Positions 16,631-24,904 of a stretch of DNA of 32,000 nucleotides are shown piece by piece. This DNA comes from Candidatus Saccharimonadota bacterium. Lineage in GTDB: Bacteria > Bacteroidota > Bacteroidia > Cytophagales > Amoebophilaceae. Where the stretch lies: assembly GCF_003351905.1 (NCBI RefSeq), contig NZ_CP022339.1, forward strand, positions 990,001 to 1,022,000. Direction: 5' to 3'. Under the pieces are notes generated by a model. It was not told the DNA's origin, did no database searches, and was given only the letters and a program-made list of their open reading frames with translations. A program made the translations under genes and the position numbers. How positions within the stretch are numbered: position 1 is the first letter of the stretch; each line of letters begins with the position of its first letter.

Positions 16631-18373
16631 ATGATTAGTAAACGGACAATATTATTATTGATGGCGGTGTGGGTTTTTGCTTCTATCTACTATCAAGAAT
16701 ACAAGAAAGAGCAGAAGTTGCTTGCTACCCCCACATTAAACAATGTAACGCTATCTTCCATTAATGGTACGGATCCAATAAGGGTAAGTGATAAATATTC
16801 TGTAGAGGTGGTTGGTAAAATCTATGAAGGGTTGTATGAATATCATTATTTAAAAAGCCCTTTCGAGTTGGTATCCAATCTTGCTGAAGACCTACCTTCG
16901 ATTTCTCCAGATGGTTTGGTCTATACTTTTAAAATTAAGCAAGGTGTGCTGTTTCAGGATGATCCTTGCTTTCCAAATGGTAAAGGCCGAGCGCTCAACG
17001 CATCTGACTTTGTTTTTAGCTTGAAAAGACTGGTAGATCCTAAAAATATAGTGCCTTATTTTGGCCTTATAGATGGTAAAATCAAAGGGTTGGATGCATG
17101 GAGACAGCAACCAGATTATGCGCAAGAGGTAGAAGGGTTAAAGGTGTTGGATGACTATACCCTACAAGTTACCCTTACGGAACCTTGGGCAGCATTTTTA
17201 CATTTTTTAGCTATGCCGGTTGCTTTTGTGGTTGCTAAAGAGGCAGTAATGCACTATGGTCCTGAGTTTTTAAATCATCCGGTAGGTACAGGTCCTTTTA
17301 TCTTAGAGGGCGGATTTAATCCGCAAGCCAAGCAGTTGACTTTTGTAAAGAATCCTTCCTTTAGGGAAAAATTATTCCCTGTTGAGGGGGATGCGTCGTA
17401 TCAGTCTATCATAGCGGATTGTGCTGGTAAAAGGTTGCCTTTGGTGGATAAGGTGGTGACTAATATTATTACCGAAGAGCAGCCACTTGCCTTAAAACTA
17501 GAAAGTGCAGAACTCGATATAGCACCCATTACGGGTTCTAGTATTGCATTGAATATGGTTGAAAACAATGCTCTTTTGCCAAAATGGAGTAAAAAAGGGT
17601 TGCTTTTGGTGCAATCTCCTAGTGTGAATACTCAGTTTTTTGCCTTTAACCATAGCCATGAGGTGTTTAAAAATACCTATTTAAGGCAGGCGATGTCTAT
17701 GGCTTTTGATCGGGAAGCCTATAGCCAAGCCTTTTATAAAGGTGCTGCTCAGCTGGCACAGTCTCTATTGCCACCTGTATTAATGGGTGAGGCCGATGGC
17801 TTACATGTCTCCTATGGTTATAACCTTGAGCGTGCAAAAGAATATTTAGCTAAAGCAGGCTATCCAGATGGAAAAGGGCTACCTGTTATTACGCTTGATG
17901 CGATTGTGGGAACAAGTTGTAAAGATAGAGCAGAATTTTTTGCCAAGTGTATGGCGAATATTGGTATAAAAATTCAAGTGGTAACCAATGTGCCCGCAGA
18001 ACACTGGAATAAGATTGCTAAGGGGGCAACTATGATGCACCTGTTGACCTGGCAAGCTGATTACCCGGAACCTTCTACTTTTTTACAGGTGATCAGTAGC
18101 AAGGACTTGTGTGGTTTATTCTATGAAAATGCTGATTTTAATAGACTCTTTCATAAAGCGATGTGTACAACCAATGATGCGGAAAGGGCAACATGCTATC
18201 TAACGTTAAATAAAATAGCTGCTGAAGAAGTACCTATGATTTATGCCTTGCATGTCCCTGAGCAATACCTGCACTACAACTGGGTTAGAAATGTAGCTTC
18301 TAATCACTTTTGTCCATCTCTAGATGCGTATATTACGGTGGATATGGCTGCAAAAGTTAAGGCTATCAAGTAA
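16631..18373 (+). CDS. Peptide ABC transporter substrate-binding protein (family 5, Opp/Dpp type)
   Basis: 580 aa with an N-terminal membrane anchor/signal. It has a family-5 SBP-like signature region (LAEDLPSISPDGLVYTFKIKQGVLFQDD) and is the first gene of a five-gene ABC operon. Confidence 0.9.
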   Translation: MISKRTILLLMAVWVFASIYYQEYKKEQKLLATPTLNNVTLSSINGTDPIRVSDKYSVEVVGKIYEGLYEYHYLKSPFELVSNLAEDLPSISPDGLVYTFKIKQGVLFQDDPCFPNGKGRALNASDFVFSLKRLVDPKNIVPYFGLIDGKIKGLDAWRQQPDYAQEVEGLKVLDDYTLQVTLTEPWAAFLHFLAMPVAFVVAKEAVMHYGPEFLNHPVGTGPFILEGGFNPQAKQLTFVKNPSFREKLFPVEGDASYQSIIADCAGKRLPLVDKVVTNIITEEQPLALKLESAELDIAPITGSSIALNMVENNALLPKWSKKGLLLVQSPSVNTQFFAFNHSHEVFKNTYLRQAMSMAFDREAYSQAFYKGAAQLAQSLLPPVLMGEADGLHVSYGYNLERAKEYLAKAGYPDGKGLPVITLDAIVGTSCKDRAEFFAKCMANIGIKIQVVTNVPAEHWNKIAKGATMMHLLTWQADYPEPSTFLQVISSKDLCGLFYENADFNRLFHKAMCTTNDAERATCYLTLNKIAAEEVPMIYALHVPEQYLHYNWVRNVASNHFCPSLDAYITVDMAAKVKAIK

Positions 18374-18489
18374 TTCTCCAGCTATTCGTATCTTCCCTTC
18401 GGGTATAATACAGCCTTTTATTTGTTTGTAATCTATGTGGGTAAATGGAAGAGGTGGTGTACACGAAGGGTAACCGCTCTTTCATTTTT

Positions 18490-19431
18490 ATGATGCGTCT
18501 TTTTTTATACCTTCTAAAAAGATTGTGCTATGCGCTTTCGGTTATCCTAGGAGCTACTTTTTTAGTCTTTATAATCTTTAATGTACTCGTAGGAGACCCC
18601 ACTTTTATTTTATTGGGTAAATATGCTACACCAGAAGCTATGGTGCTGCTTGCCCGTGAATTAGGTTTAGATAAGCCTTGGTATATCCAATACTGGGAAG
18701 TTTTAAAGTCTGCCTTTACCTTTAACTTCGGCTACTCCTGGACCACCAAGCAGTATATTTTAAAAATATTTCAAGAGGGTGGGCTGGTCTCCTTAACCGT
18801 TACATTGCCCGCTTTTTTAATAGGGAATAGTTTAGTAATATCGGTTGCCCTTTGGATGACCCAATATAGGGGAACCATTTGGGACCGTCTATTGGTCACC
18901 TTTTGCATTGTAATGACTAGTATTTCTATATTGGTCTATATTCTAATTGGCCAGTTGTTTTTTGCTTGCAAATTAAGGATTTTTCCAATAATGGGTTATG
19001 AAAAAGGCTTTTTAGCCTCTATGCCTTACATCATTTTACCAACTATTATTCTGGTATTGCTTCATTTTTGTTATCACTATCGATTCTATAGAACCATTAT
19101 GTTGGAAGAAATGTATCAAGATTATGTGCGTACCGCACGGGCAAAAGGACTTCCAGAAGAGCGTGTGTTGTTTAAACACATCTTTAAAAATGTAATGGTT
19201 CCCATTGTTACAACCTTTGTGAAAGATTTTCCATCATTGTTATTTGGTTATGTAGTGATAGAGAATTTTTTTGGCATACCAGGGCTAGGTAATGTGGTGA
19301 TAGATGCAATCAGCCTGTGCGATTTTCCAACGATTAAAGCCGTTACGATAATCGCTGCGGTGCTTAGTGTCTTGTGTAATATAGTGGGTGATGTATTATA
19401 CACTTTGGTGGATCCGCGCATAAAATTGTAG
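18490..19431 (+). CDS. Peptide ABC transporter permease (OppB/DppB type)
   Basis: Multi-pass membrane protein with the EAA-loop region YVRTARAKGLPEERVLFKHIFKN. The likely start is MMRLFLYLLKRL at 18490; the ORF-track start is 18445. Confidence 0.9.
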   Translation: MMRLFLYLLKRLCYALSVILGATFLVFIIFNVLVGDPTFILLGKYATPEAMVLLARELGLDKPWYIQYWEVLKSAFTFNFGYSWTTKQYILKIFQEGGLVSLTVTLPAFLIGNSLVISVALWMTQYRGTIWDRLLVTFCIVMTSISILVYILIGQLFFACKLRIFPIMGYEKGFLASMPYIILPTIILVLLHFCYHYRFYRTIMLEEMYQDYVRTARAKGLPEERVLFKHIFKNVMVPIVTTFVKDFPSLLFGYVVIENFFGIPGLGNVVIDAISLCDFPTIKAVTIIAAVLSVLCNIVGDVLYTLVDPRIKL

Positions 19432-19438
19432 AAAGACT

Positions 19439-20299
19439 ATGCATAAACGTAATTGGTTCCATCCATTTGGTTTTGGTAAAAACGCTTTGTTAGGCAATAC
19501 ATTAAACCTTTTTTGTTTTGTAACCTTATTGGGCTATGCTTTAGTAGCCATATCTACTAAAATGGGATGGGTGGCTGCTAATTGGCATGCAGAAGTGGGT
19601 GCCTCTTATCAACCACCTAATGGCGCGCATTATTTTGGTACAGATATCTTGGGTAGAAGTGTTTTGGATAAAGTGTTGCATGGTACGGAAGTAGCCATGC
19701 ATGTGGGTTTTGTAGTAGCTTTATGGACCGTTGTGATTGGTGCACTTTTTGGTATACTAGCGGGTTATTTTGGTGGCCTAATAGATGCCTGTATCGTTTG
19801 GCTCTATACCGTTGTAACGGCTATTCCCACGATGATTTTACTCATGGTGGTCGCCTTTGTATTGGGGAAAGGCATACAGACGATTTGTATTGCATTGGTT
19901 ATAACAGAATGGACAGAAACCTGTCGACTGGTTCGGGGTGAAGTGATGCGCCATAAGGCTAGAGAATATATGCAAGCTGCTTCAGCTATTGGCGCTAGTA
20001 GTGGCCGTAAAATTTTTGTACATCTATTGCCCAATATGCTTCCATTGATTATTTATCAGTTTTCTTTAGTCTTTCAAACTGCAATAAAATATGAAGTAAT
20101 TCTTTCTTATTTGGGTATGGGCATTCAAAATAAGCCTAGTTGGGGCATTATGATTAGTGATGCCAAAACAGGACTATTGAGGGGCATTTGGTGGGAGCTT
20201 GTTTTTGCTACAATGGCCATGTTCTTACTCGTTCTTGTGTTTAATATTTTAGCAGATGCATTGCGAGATCTATTAGATCCGAAGTTAAAAGGTCGATAA
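19439..20299 (+). CDS. Peptide ABC transporter permease (OppC/DppC type)
   Basis: Multi-pass membrane protein with the EAA-loop region EYMQAASAIGASSGRKIFVHLLPN. Confidence 0.9.
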   Translation: MHKRNWFHPFGFGKNALLGNTLNLFCFVTLLGYALVAISTKMGWVAANWHAEVGASYQPPNGAHYFGTDILGRSVLDKVLHGTEVAMHVGFVVALWTVVIGALFGILAGYFGGLIDACIVWLYTVVTAIPTMILLMVVAFVLGKGIQTICIALVITEWTETCRLVRGEVMRHKAREYMQAASAIGASSGRKIFVHLLPNMLPLIIYQFSLVFQTAIKYEVILSYLGMGIQNKPSWGIMISDAKTGLLRGIWWELVFATMAMFLLVLVFNILADALRDLLDPKLKGR

Positions 20300-20301
20300 G
20301 C

Positions 20302-21282
20302 ATGAAAATTCTTGAGGTTAAAAATTTAATAACGCAGTATTATACAGGGAAAAAGATGACCACAGTGGTCAATAATGTTTCCTTTGATCTTTTTGCTGGC
20401 CATTCCCTAGCCATTGTTGGAGAATCTGGTTCTGGTAAATCAGCTATGGCCCTTTCATTGATGCGGCTCGTTGAACCACCTGTTGGTACGATTATGGCAC
20501 AGGGTATTTTTCTAGAAGGAAAGGATATTTTACAACTTTCTCTAAAAGAGATTCAAGAAATACGTGGCAACCGTATGGCCATGATCTTTCAGGAGCCTAT
20601 GACGGCACTCAACCCAGTTTTTACCATTGGTGAACAGATTATGGAAACCATTCAGTTGCATCAACAGGTTCCACCAAAGGAGGCGAAAATACGTTGTATA
20701 GCCTTGCTAACCCTAGTCGGCATACCTGCTCCTCATCAGCGTATGCTGGAATATCCCCATCAAATTTCAGGTGGTATGCGGCAACGGGTAATGATTGCGA
20801 TTGCACTGGCTTGTAGCCCATCTGTATTGATTGCAGATGAACCTACTACTGCTTTAGATGTGACGACGCAGGCGCAAATTATGGCTTTGATACGAAGGCT
20901 CCAAGTGGAAAAAAATATGGGTATTATACTGATTACCCATGATCTTGGAATAGTGGCTGAAGTATGTGATGAGGTGGCTGTTATGTATGGTGGTAGTATT
21001 GTAGAAAAGAGCTCCGTAAAAACTATTTTTAATGTGCCACTGCACCCCTATACACAAGCATTATTGGATTCTATTCCTCCTTTATCTGGTGGCATTCGTA
21101 GGTTGCGCACCATTGATGGCGTGGTGCCTCCCTTATCAGATCTACCTATTGGTTGTTCTTTTCAAGACCGTTGTCCCAACGTGCAAGATCGATGCAGAAC
21201 GAGCAAGCCACGCCTTGAAAAAGCAAGCGTTGGCCATTCTGTAGCCTGTTTTTATCCATTACAAGGTGGCGTTAAATCGTGA
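20302..21282 (+). CDS. Peptide ABC transporter ATP-binding protein (OppD/DppD type)
   Basis: Walker A is GESGSGKS, the signature is ISGGMRQRV, and Walker B is LIADEPTTALD. The C-terminal oligopeptide-transporter extension carries Cys residues (GCSFQDRCPNVQDRC). Confidence 0.93.
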   Translation: MKILEVKNLITQYYTGKKMTTVVNNVSFDLFAGHSLAIVGESGSGKSAMALSLMRLVEPPVGTIMAQGIFLEGKDILQLSLKEIQEIRGNRMAMIFQEPMTALNPVFTIGEQIMETIQLHQQVPPKEAKIRCIALLTLVGIPAPHQRMLEYPHQISGGMRQRVMIAIALACSPSVLIADEPTTALDVTTQAQIMALIRRLQVEKNMGIILITHDLGIVAEVCDEVAVMYGGSIVEKSSVKTIFNVPLHPYTQALLDSIPPLSGGIRRLRTIDGVVPPLSDLPIGCSFQDRCPNVQDRCRTSKPRLEKASVGHSVACFYPLQGGVKS

Positions 21283-22277
21283 GGGGTATGCAAACCAATA
21301 AACAAATTTTATTAGAAGTAGATCACCTGTATAAGACCTTTGCTGTAAAGCATCATCTCTTGGGTCATCGGGTTGGTACCGTATCTGCTGTGAATGATGT
21401 AAGCTTTACCCTATACCAGGGAGAGACACTAGGTTTAGTAGGCGAATCGGGTTGTGGTAAAACTACATTGGGTAGGACCATTTTGCGCTTGGTGGAGCCT
21501 ACGGCTGGGCGTATTATTTTTGATGGGATAGATATTACGCACTGTAGTGCTAAGCGGATGCGTAGCATACGGAGAAAGATGCAAATTATTTTTCAAGATC
21601 CTTATGCTGCTTTGAATCCTAGAATGGCTATTAAGGAGATCCTAGAGGAACCCATCAAGATTCATCATCTGGCGGATAGCAAAGCGGCATCTACCCAGCG
21701 AATCTACCAATTACTCGATTATGTGCAACTGCCTAAAGCTACTTTATATAAGTATCCCCATGAACTTTCTGGAGGACAACGCCAGCGCATTTGCATCGCA
21801 AGGGCGTTAGCCGTTGAGCCTACCTTTATCGTTTGCGATGAAGCAATTGCTGCGTTAGATGTTTCAGTACAAGCGCAGGTGATCAATCTTTTAATGGATT
21901 TGCAGCAAGAACTAGGATTAACCTATCTCTTTATTTCACATGACTTAAGGGTAGTAGAATTTATAGCCAACCATGTTGCAGTGATGTATTTGGGAAAAAT
22001 TGTAGAAGCTGCTCCCGCATCAGAAATCTATCAAAACCCTAAACATCCCTATACGAGAGCGCTTTTTTCTGCTATACCAACTATTCATTCATCTAGGCAA
22101 AAGGAACGGATTATCCTACAAGGAGATGTGCCGAGCCCAAGGGAGCTGCCTAGTGGCTGTTACTTTCATCCACGTTGCTGGAAAGCAACAGAAGCATGTA
22201 GGTCCATTCATCCAGCATTGGCGCAAACAGAAGGGGCCAATCATCAAGTAGCGTGTCATTTTCCAGAAGTCAATTAA
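21279..22277 (+). CDS. Peptide ABC transporter ATP-binding protein (OppF/DppF type)
   Basis: Walker A is GESGCGKT, the signature is LSGGQRQRI, and Walker B is IVCDEAIAALD. The C-terminal Cys motif is GCYFHPRCWKATEAC. The GTG start at 21279 overlaps the upstream stop (GTGA); an ATG at 21288 is an alternative. Confidence 0.93.
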   Translation: MRGMQTNKQILLEVDHLYKTFAVKHHLLGHRVGTVSAVNDVSFTLYQGETLGLVGESGCGKTTLGRTILRLVEPTAGRIIFDGIDITHCSAKRMRSIRRKMQIIFQDPYAALNPRMAIKEILEEPIKIHHLADSKAASTQRIYQLLDYVQLPKATLYKYPHELSGGQRQRICIARALAVEPTFIVCDEAIAALDVSVQAQVINLLMDLQQELGLTYLFISHDLRVVEFIANHVAVMYLGKIVEAAPASEIYQNPKHPYTRALFSAIPTIHSSRQKERIILQGDVPSPRELPSGCYFHPRCWKATEACRSIHPALAQTEGANHQVACHFPEVN

Positions 22278-22307
22278 ATAGTATAGTTATATCATTCTAT
22301 TAAACAT

Positions 22308-23702
22308 ATGTATCCACTTTCAGAGATTAAAAATCTTTCTACTTTAGATAGTCAGAAAGTCGTTAGGGTTAGAGGTAGGGTCTTTTCCAAAAAAGACTGC
22401 GGGCAGGTGTTATTCTTGATTTTACGCGATGGTATTGATACCTTACAGGCGGTGCTTGTCAAAAATCAAGCAGATACGCAGCTTGCTATAGAGGATTATA
22501 AGCTATTGCGTAGCATTGAAAATGAATCTTTTATTGAAATCATTGGTCAGGTCTATTGCGCTGAAAAAGCCGTATTGGCCTGCTCTAAGCAATCGATTGA
22601 GTTAGCTATAATGGGGTATACAGTGCTTAGTAGGTCTGTATTAGATTTGCCGATTACCCTAAAAGAGGCAGCCTTTATAGAAGATAAAAAAGGTGAAAAT
22701 CAAATCTTTTCATCTATTCAGTATGTAAAACGATTGGATAACCGCGTATTAGATTTGCGTACCGATTTGGCGCAGGCTATTTTTCGCATCAATGATGGGA
22801 TGCTTTTTTATATACAACAGTATCTACGCGAGCATGGTTTTATAGAAATCAAAACACCTAAGTTAATAGGGGGTGTTTCTGAGGGTGGTGCAGATCTATT
22901 TAAGGTAGACTATTTTGGCAAGCCGGCTTGTTTGGCACAGAGTCCGCAGCTATACAAGCAAATGGCAATTATAGGTGATTTTAAGCGTGTATTTGAGGTG
23001 GGCCCCGTCTTTCGTGCAGAAAATTCCGATACCAATAGACACCTAACAGAGTTTATAGGTGTTGACCTTGAAATGGTTATAGATCGGGACTATATGGAAG
23101 TAGTCCGTCTGGTATATCAGCTATTGGTTGATCTTTTTGGTGCATTGAATAAAAAATATAATCGAGAGATTGCCATTATACAATCTTTTTTTGAGGTCCC
23201 TAGGCTCACGCTTGCCTCAGAATTGGTTGTGGTGTCTTTTCCCGATGCGGTTGCTTTGTTAAGGTCCCATGGCAGGGAGCGCGGGGCGTTAGATGATTTG
23301 TCTACGGAGGAGGAAAAACAGTTAGGTGCGCTTGTAAAAGCAAAGTACCACACAGATTTATATGTGATTACCCGTTATCCATCTCGTGTGCGTCCCTTTT
23401 ATACTATGGTTGATCCAGATGATAGTCAATATACCCATGCCTATGATTTTATGTTGCGCGGTGCAGAAATTCTCTCTGGTGCACAAAGAATAGATGATTA
23501 TACCATGTTATCAGAACGTGTCCGTGAGATGGGCATAGACCCCACTACCATCTCCCATTATTTGAATGCATTTAAATATGGTGCACCGCCTCATGCTGGT
23601 GTGGGCATGGGGTTAGAACGGATGTTGAAATATTTTTTAGGTCTACCAGATGTACGTTACAGTAATCTCTTTCCACGTGATCCTAAGCGGTTGCATCCTT
23701 AA
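22308..23702 (+). CDS. aspS: Aspartate--tRNA ligase, archaeal/eukaryotic type (class IIb, no bacterial insertion domain)
   Basis: 464 aa with AQSPQLYKQM, motif 2 GPVFRAENSDTNRHLTEFIGVDLEM, RGAEILSGAQRI, and motif 3 plus tail GAPPHAGVGMGLERMLKYFLGLPDVRYSNLFPRDPKRLHP. The ending FPRDPKRL.P is the hallmark of non-bacterial-type AspRS. Confidence 0.88.
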   Translation: MYPLSEIKNLSTLDSQKVVRVRGRVFSKKDCGQVLFLILRDGIDTLQAVLVKNQADTQLAIEDYKLLRSIENESFIEIIGQVYCAEKAVLACSKQSIELAIMGYTVLSRSVLDLPITLKEAAFIEDKKGENQIFSSIQYVKRLDNRVLDLRTDLAQAIFRINDGMLFYIQQYLREHGFIEIKTPKLIGGVSEGGADLFKVDYFGKPACLAQSPQLYKQMAIIGDFKRVFEVGPVFRAENSDTNRHLTEFIGVDLEMVIDRDYMEVVRLVYQLLVDLFGALNKKYNREIAIIQSFFEVPRLTLASELVVVSFPDAVALLRSHGRERGALDDLSTEEEKQLGALVKAKYHTDLYVITRYPSRVRPFYTMVDPDDSQYTHAYDFMLRGAEILSGAQRIDDYTMLSERVREMGIDPTTISHYLNAFKYGAPPHAGVGMGLERMLKYFLGLPDVRYSNLFPRDPKRLHP

Positions 23703-23757
23703 TCAGGTAAAGCATGGGTAGGCTATTTGTGTCTATTCTCACCATTGGTTAATAATG

Positions 23758-23975
23758 GATTTTATCCCACTTTTTTCCTTATAAAAAAGTGGACAAAAAA
23801 TCAACCCATCGGTAAAAAGTAGCTGAAAGTGCCATCTTACAGATGGAAAAACAGAAAGCGCCCACTGCATAGGCTTCAAAGGAAACTGTTTTGCCTAGTC
23901 ATCTGTAAAATGCCACTTTCTACACCACGACTTTTTACAGGGGCGTTTTACTTTTAACGCAAAAAAACTGTGATT
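23758..23975 (+). repeat. Copy B of the ~225-nt structured intergenic repeat
   Basis: Same orientation and block order as copies A and C. The 5' hairpin is ccacttttttccttataaaaaagtgg. The apical segment and last ~20 nt diverge. It lies between the aspS stop and the stop of the - strand lipoprotein gene. Confidence 0.85.
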
Positions 23976-23988
23976 GGAATAGATACGT

Positions 23989-24597
23989 CTATGGAGAAGC
24001 TAATAAAGTAGTATTCGAAGGTCTTTGCAGTATGAATAATACAGCATTAATAGCCGTCTCAGCCATAGCATCAGCAAGCATCTTTGCATACTGCTTTGCA
24101 TGTTTAGAAACGCCATATTTCATGTTATACTCCGTATAGGTATGGCTAAGCAAATTATTGATAAGATTATCCGGTATATTGTTATTGATCACATTAGATA
24201 GCTGATTATTTATATCTATAGAAAATATCTTAATGCCTTGATAACCAAGATAATCATAAGTATAGTCGTTTGCTTTTATATTAAAATGGTTAGGTAGCAT
24301 AGTCTCCATTTTTTCGCGAAACGTGTTAACAGGGTTCTTCTTGTGAACTGGAGTTTCCTTAAGGTATCTGGCATAGTAAAGAAAATAGTCGCTTAACTCC
24401 TCTTTAACTGTAGGATATTGCTCCTGGAATATACGCTCCATAGCCTGTTCGTTCTTATCTGTAGCACGTCTGCTCGCAAAACAACAAGAATCTCTACTAT
24501 TTGGTTGCATGCCATTAGGTATACCATGTTGATGCATGGTATGGCTACACCCTCCTAGGATGAGTAGATATAATAAATAAACTGTTCTAGTAAACAT
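23989..24597 (-). CDS. Hypothetical lipoprotein (no recognisable domain)
   Basis: 202-aa ORF with a signal peptide and lipobox-like LILGGC. The rest is Asn/Tyr-rich, and I recognise no family motif. Confidence 0.6.
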   Translation of the reverse strand: MFTRTVYLLYLLILGGCSHTMHQHGIPNGMQPNSRDSCCFASRRATDKNEQAMERIFQEQYPTVKEELSDYFLYYARYLKETPVHKKNPVNTFREKMETMLPNHFNIKANDYTYDYLGYQGIKIFSIDINNQLSNVINNNIPDNLINNLLSHTYTEYNMKYGVSKHAKQYAKMLADAMAETAINAVLFILQRPSNTTLLASP

Positions 24598-24904
24598 TGA
24601 TATGCTATCTAATTATGTGTGATTAAAATAAAAACTTGCCTACTCCATCTGAATCTGTTGGTTGATTAGGAATAGTTCTCTTTTTTTTAATATTAATAAA
24701 TATTTTTTTATTATGCAATATCTATTGCGCGTAGCAATTTGGGTATTGTGTCTTTTCTATGCGCCTCAAATACATTGAGGATAGGGTCTATTCTGCTGCG
24801 CCTATCTGCTTGTTATAGCTATCTTGCGAAAGTTGCGCTTTCGGTCCATTTTTATCCATTTTATTCGTATTTTTAACCATTTCTAAACCCTTAATACCCC
24901 ACTT

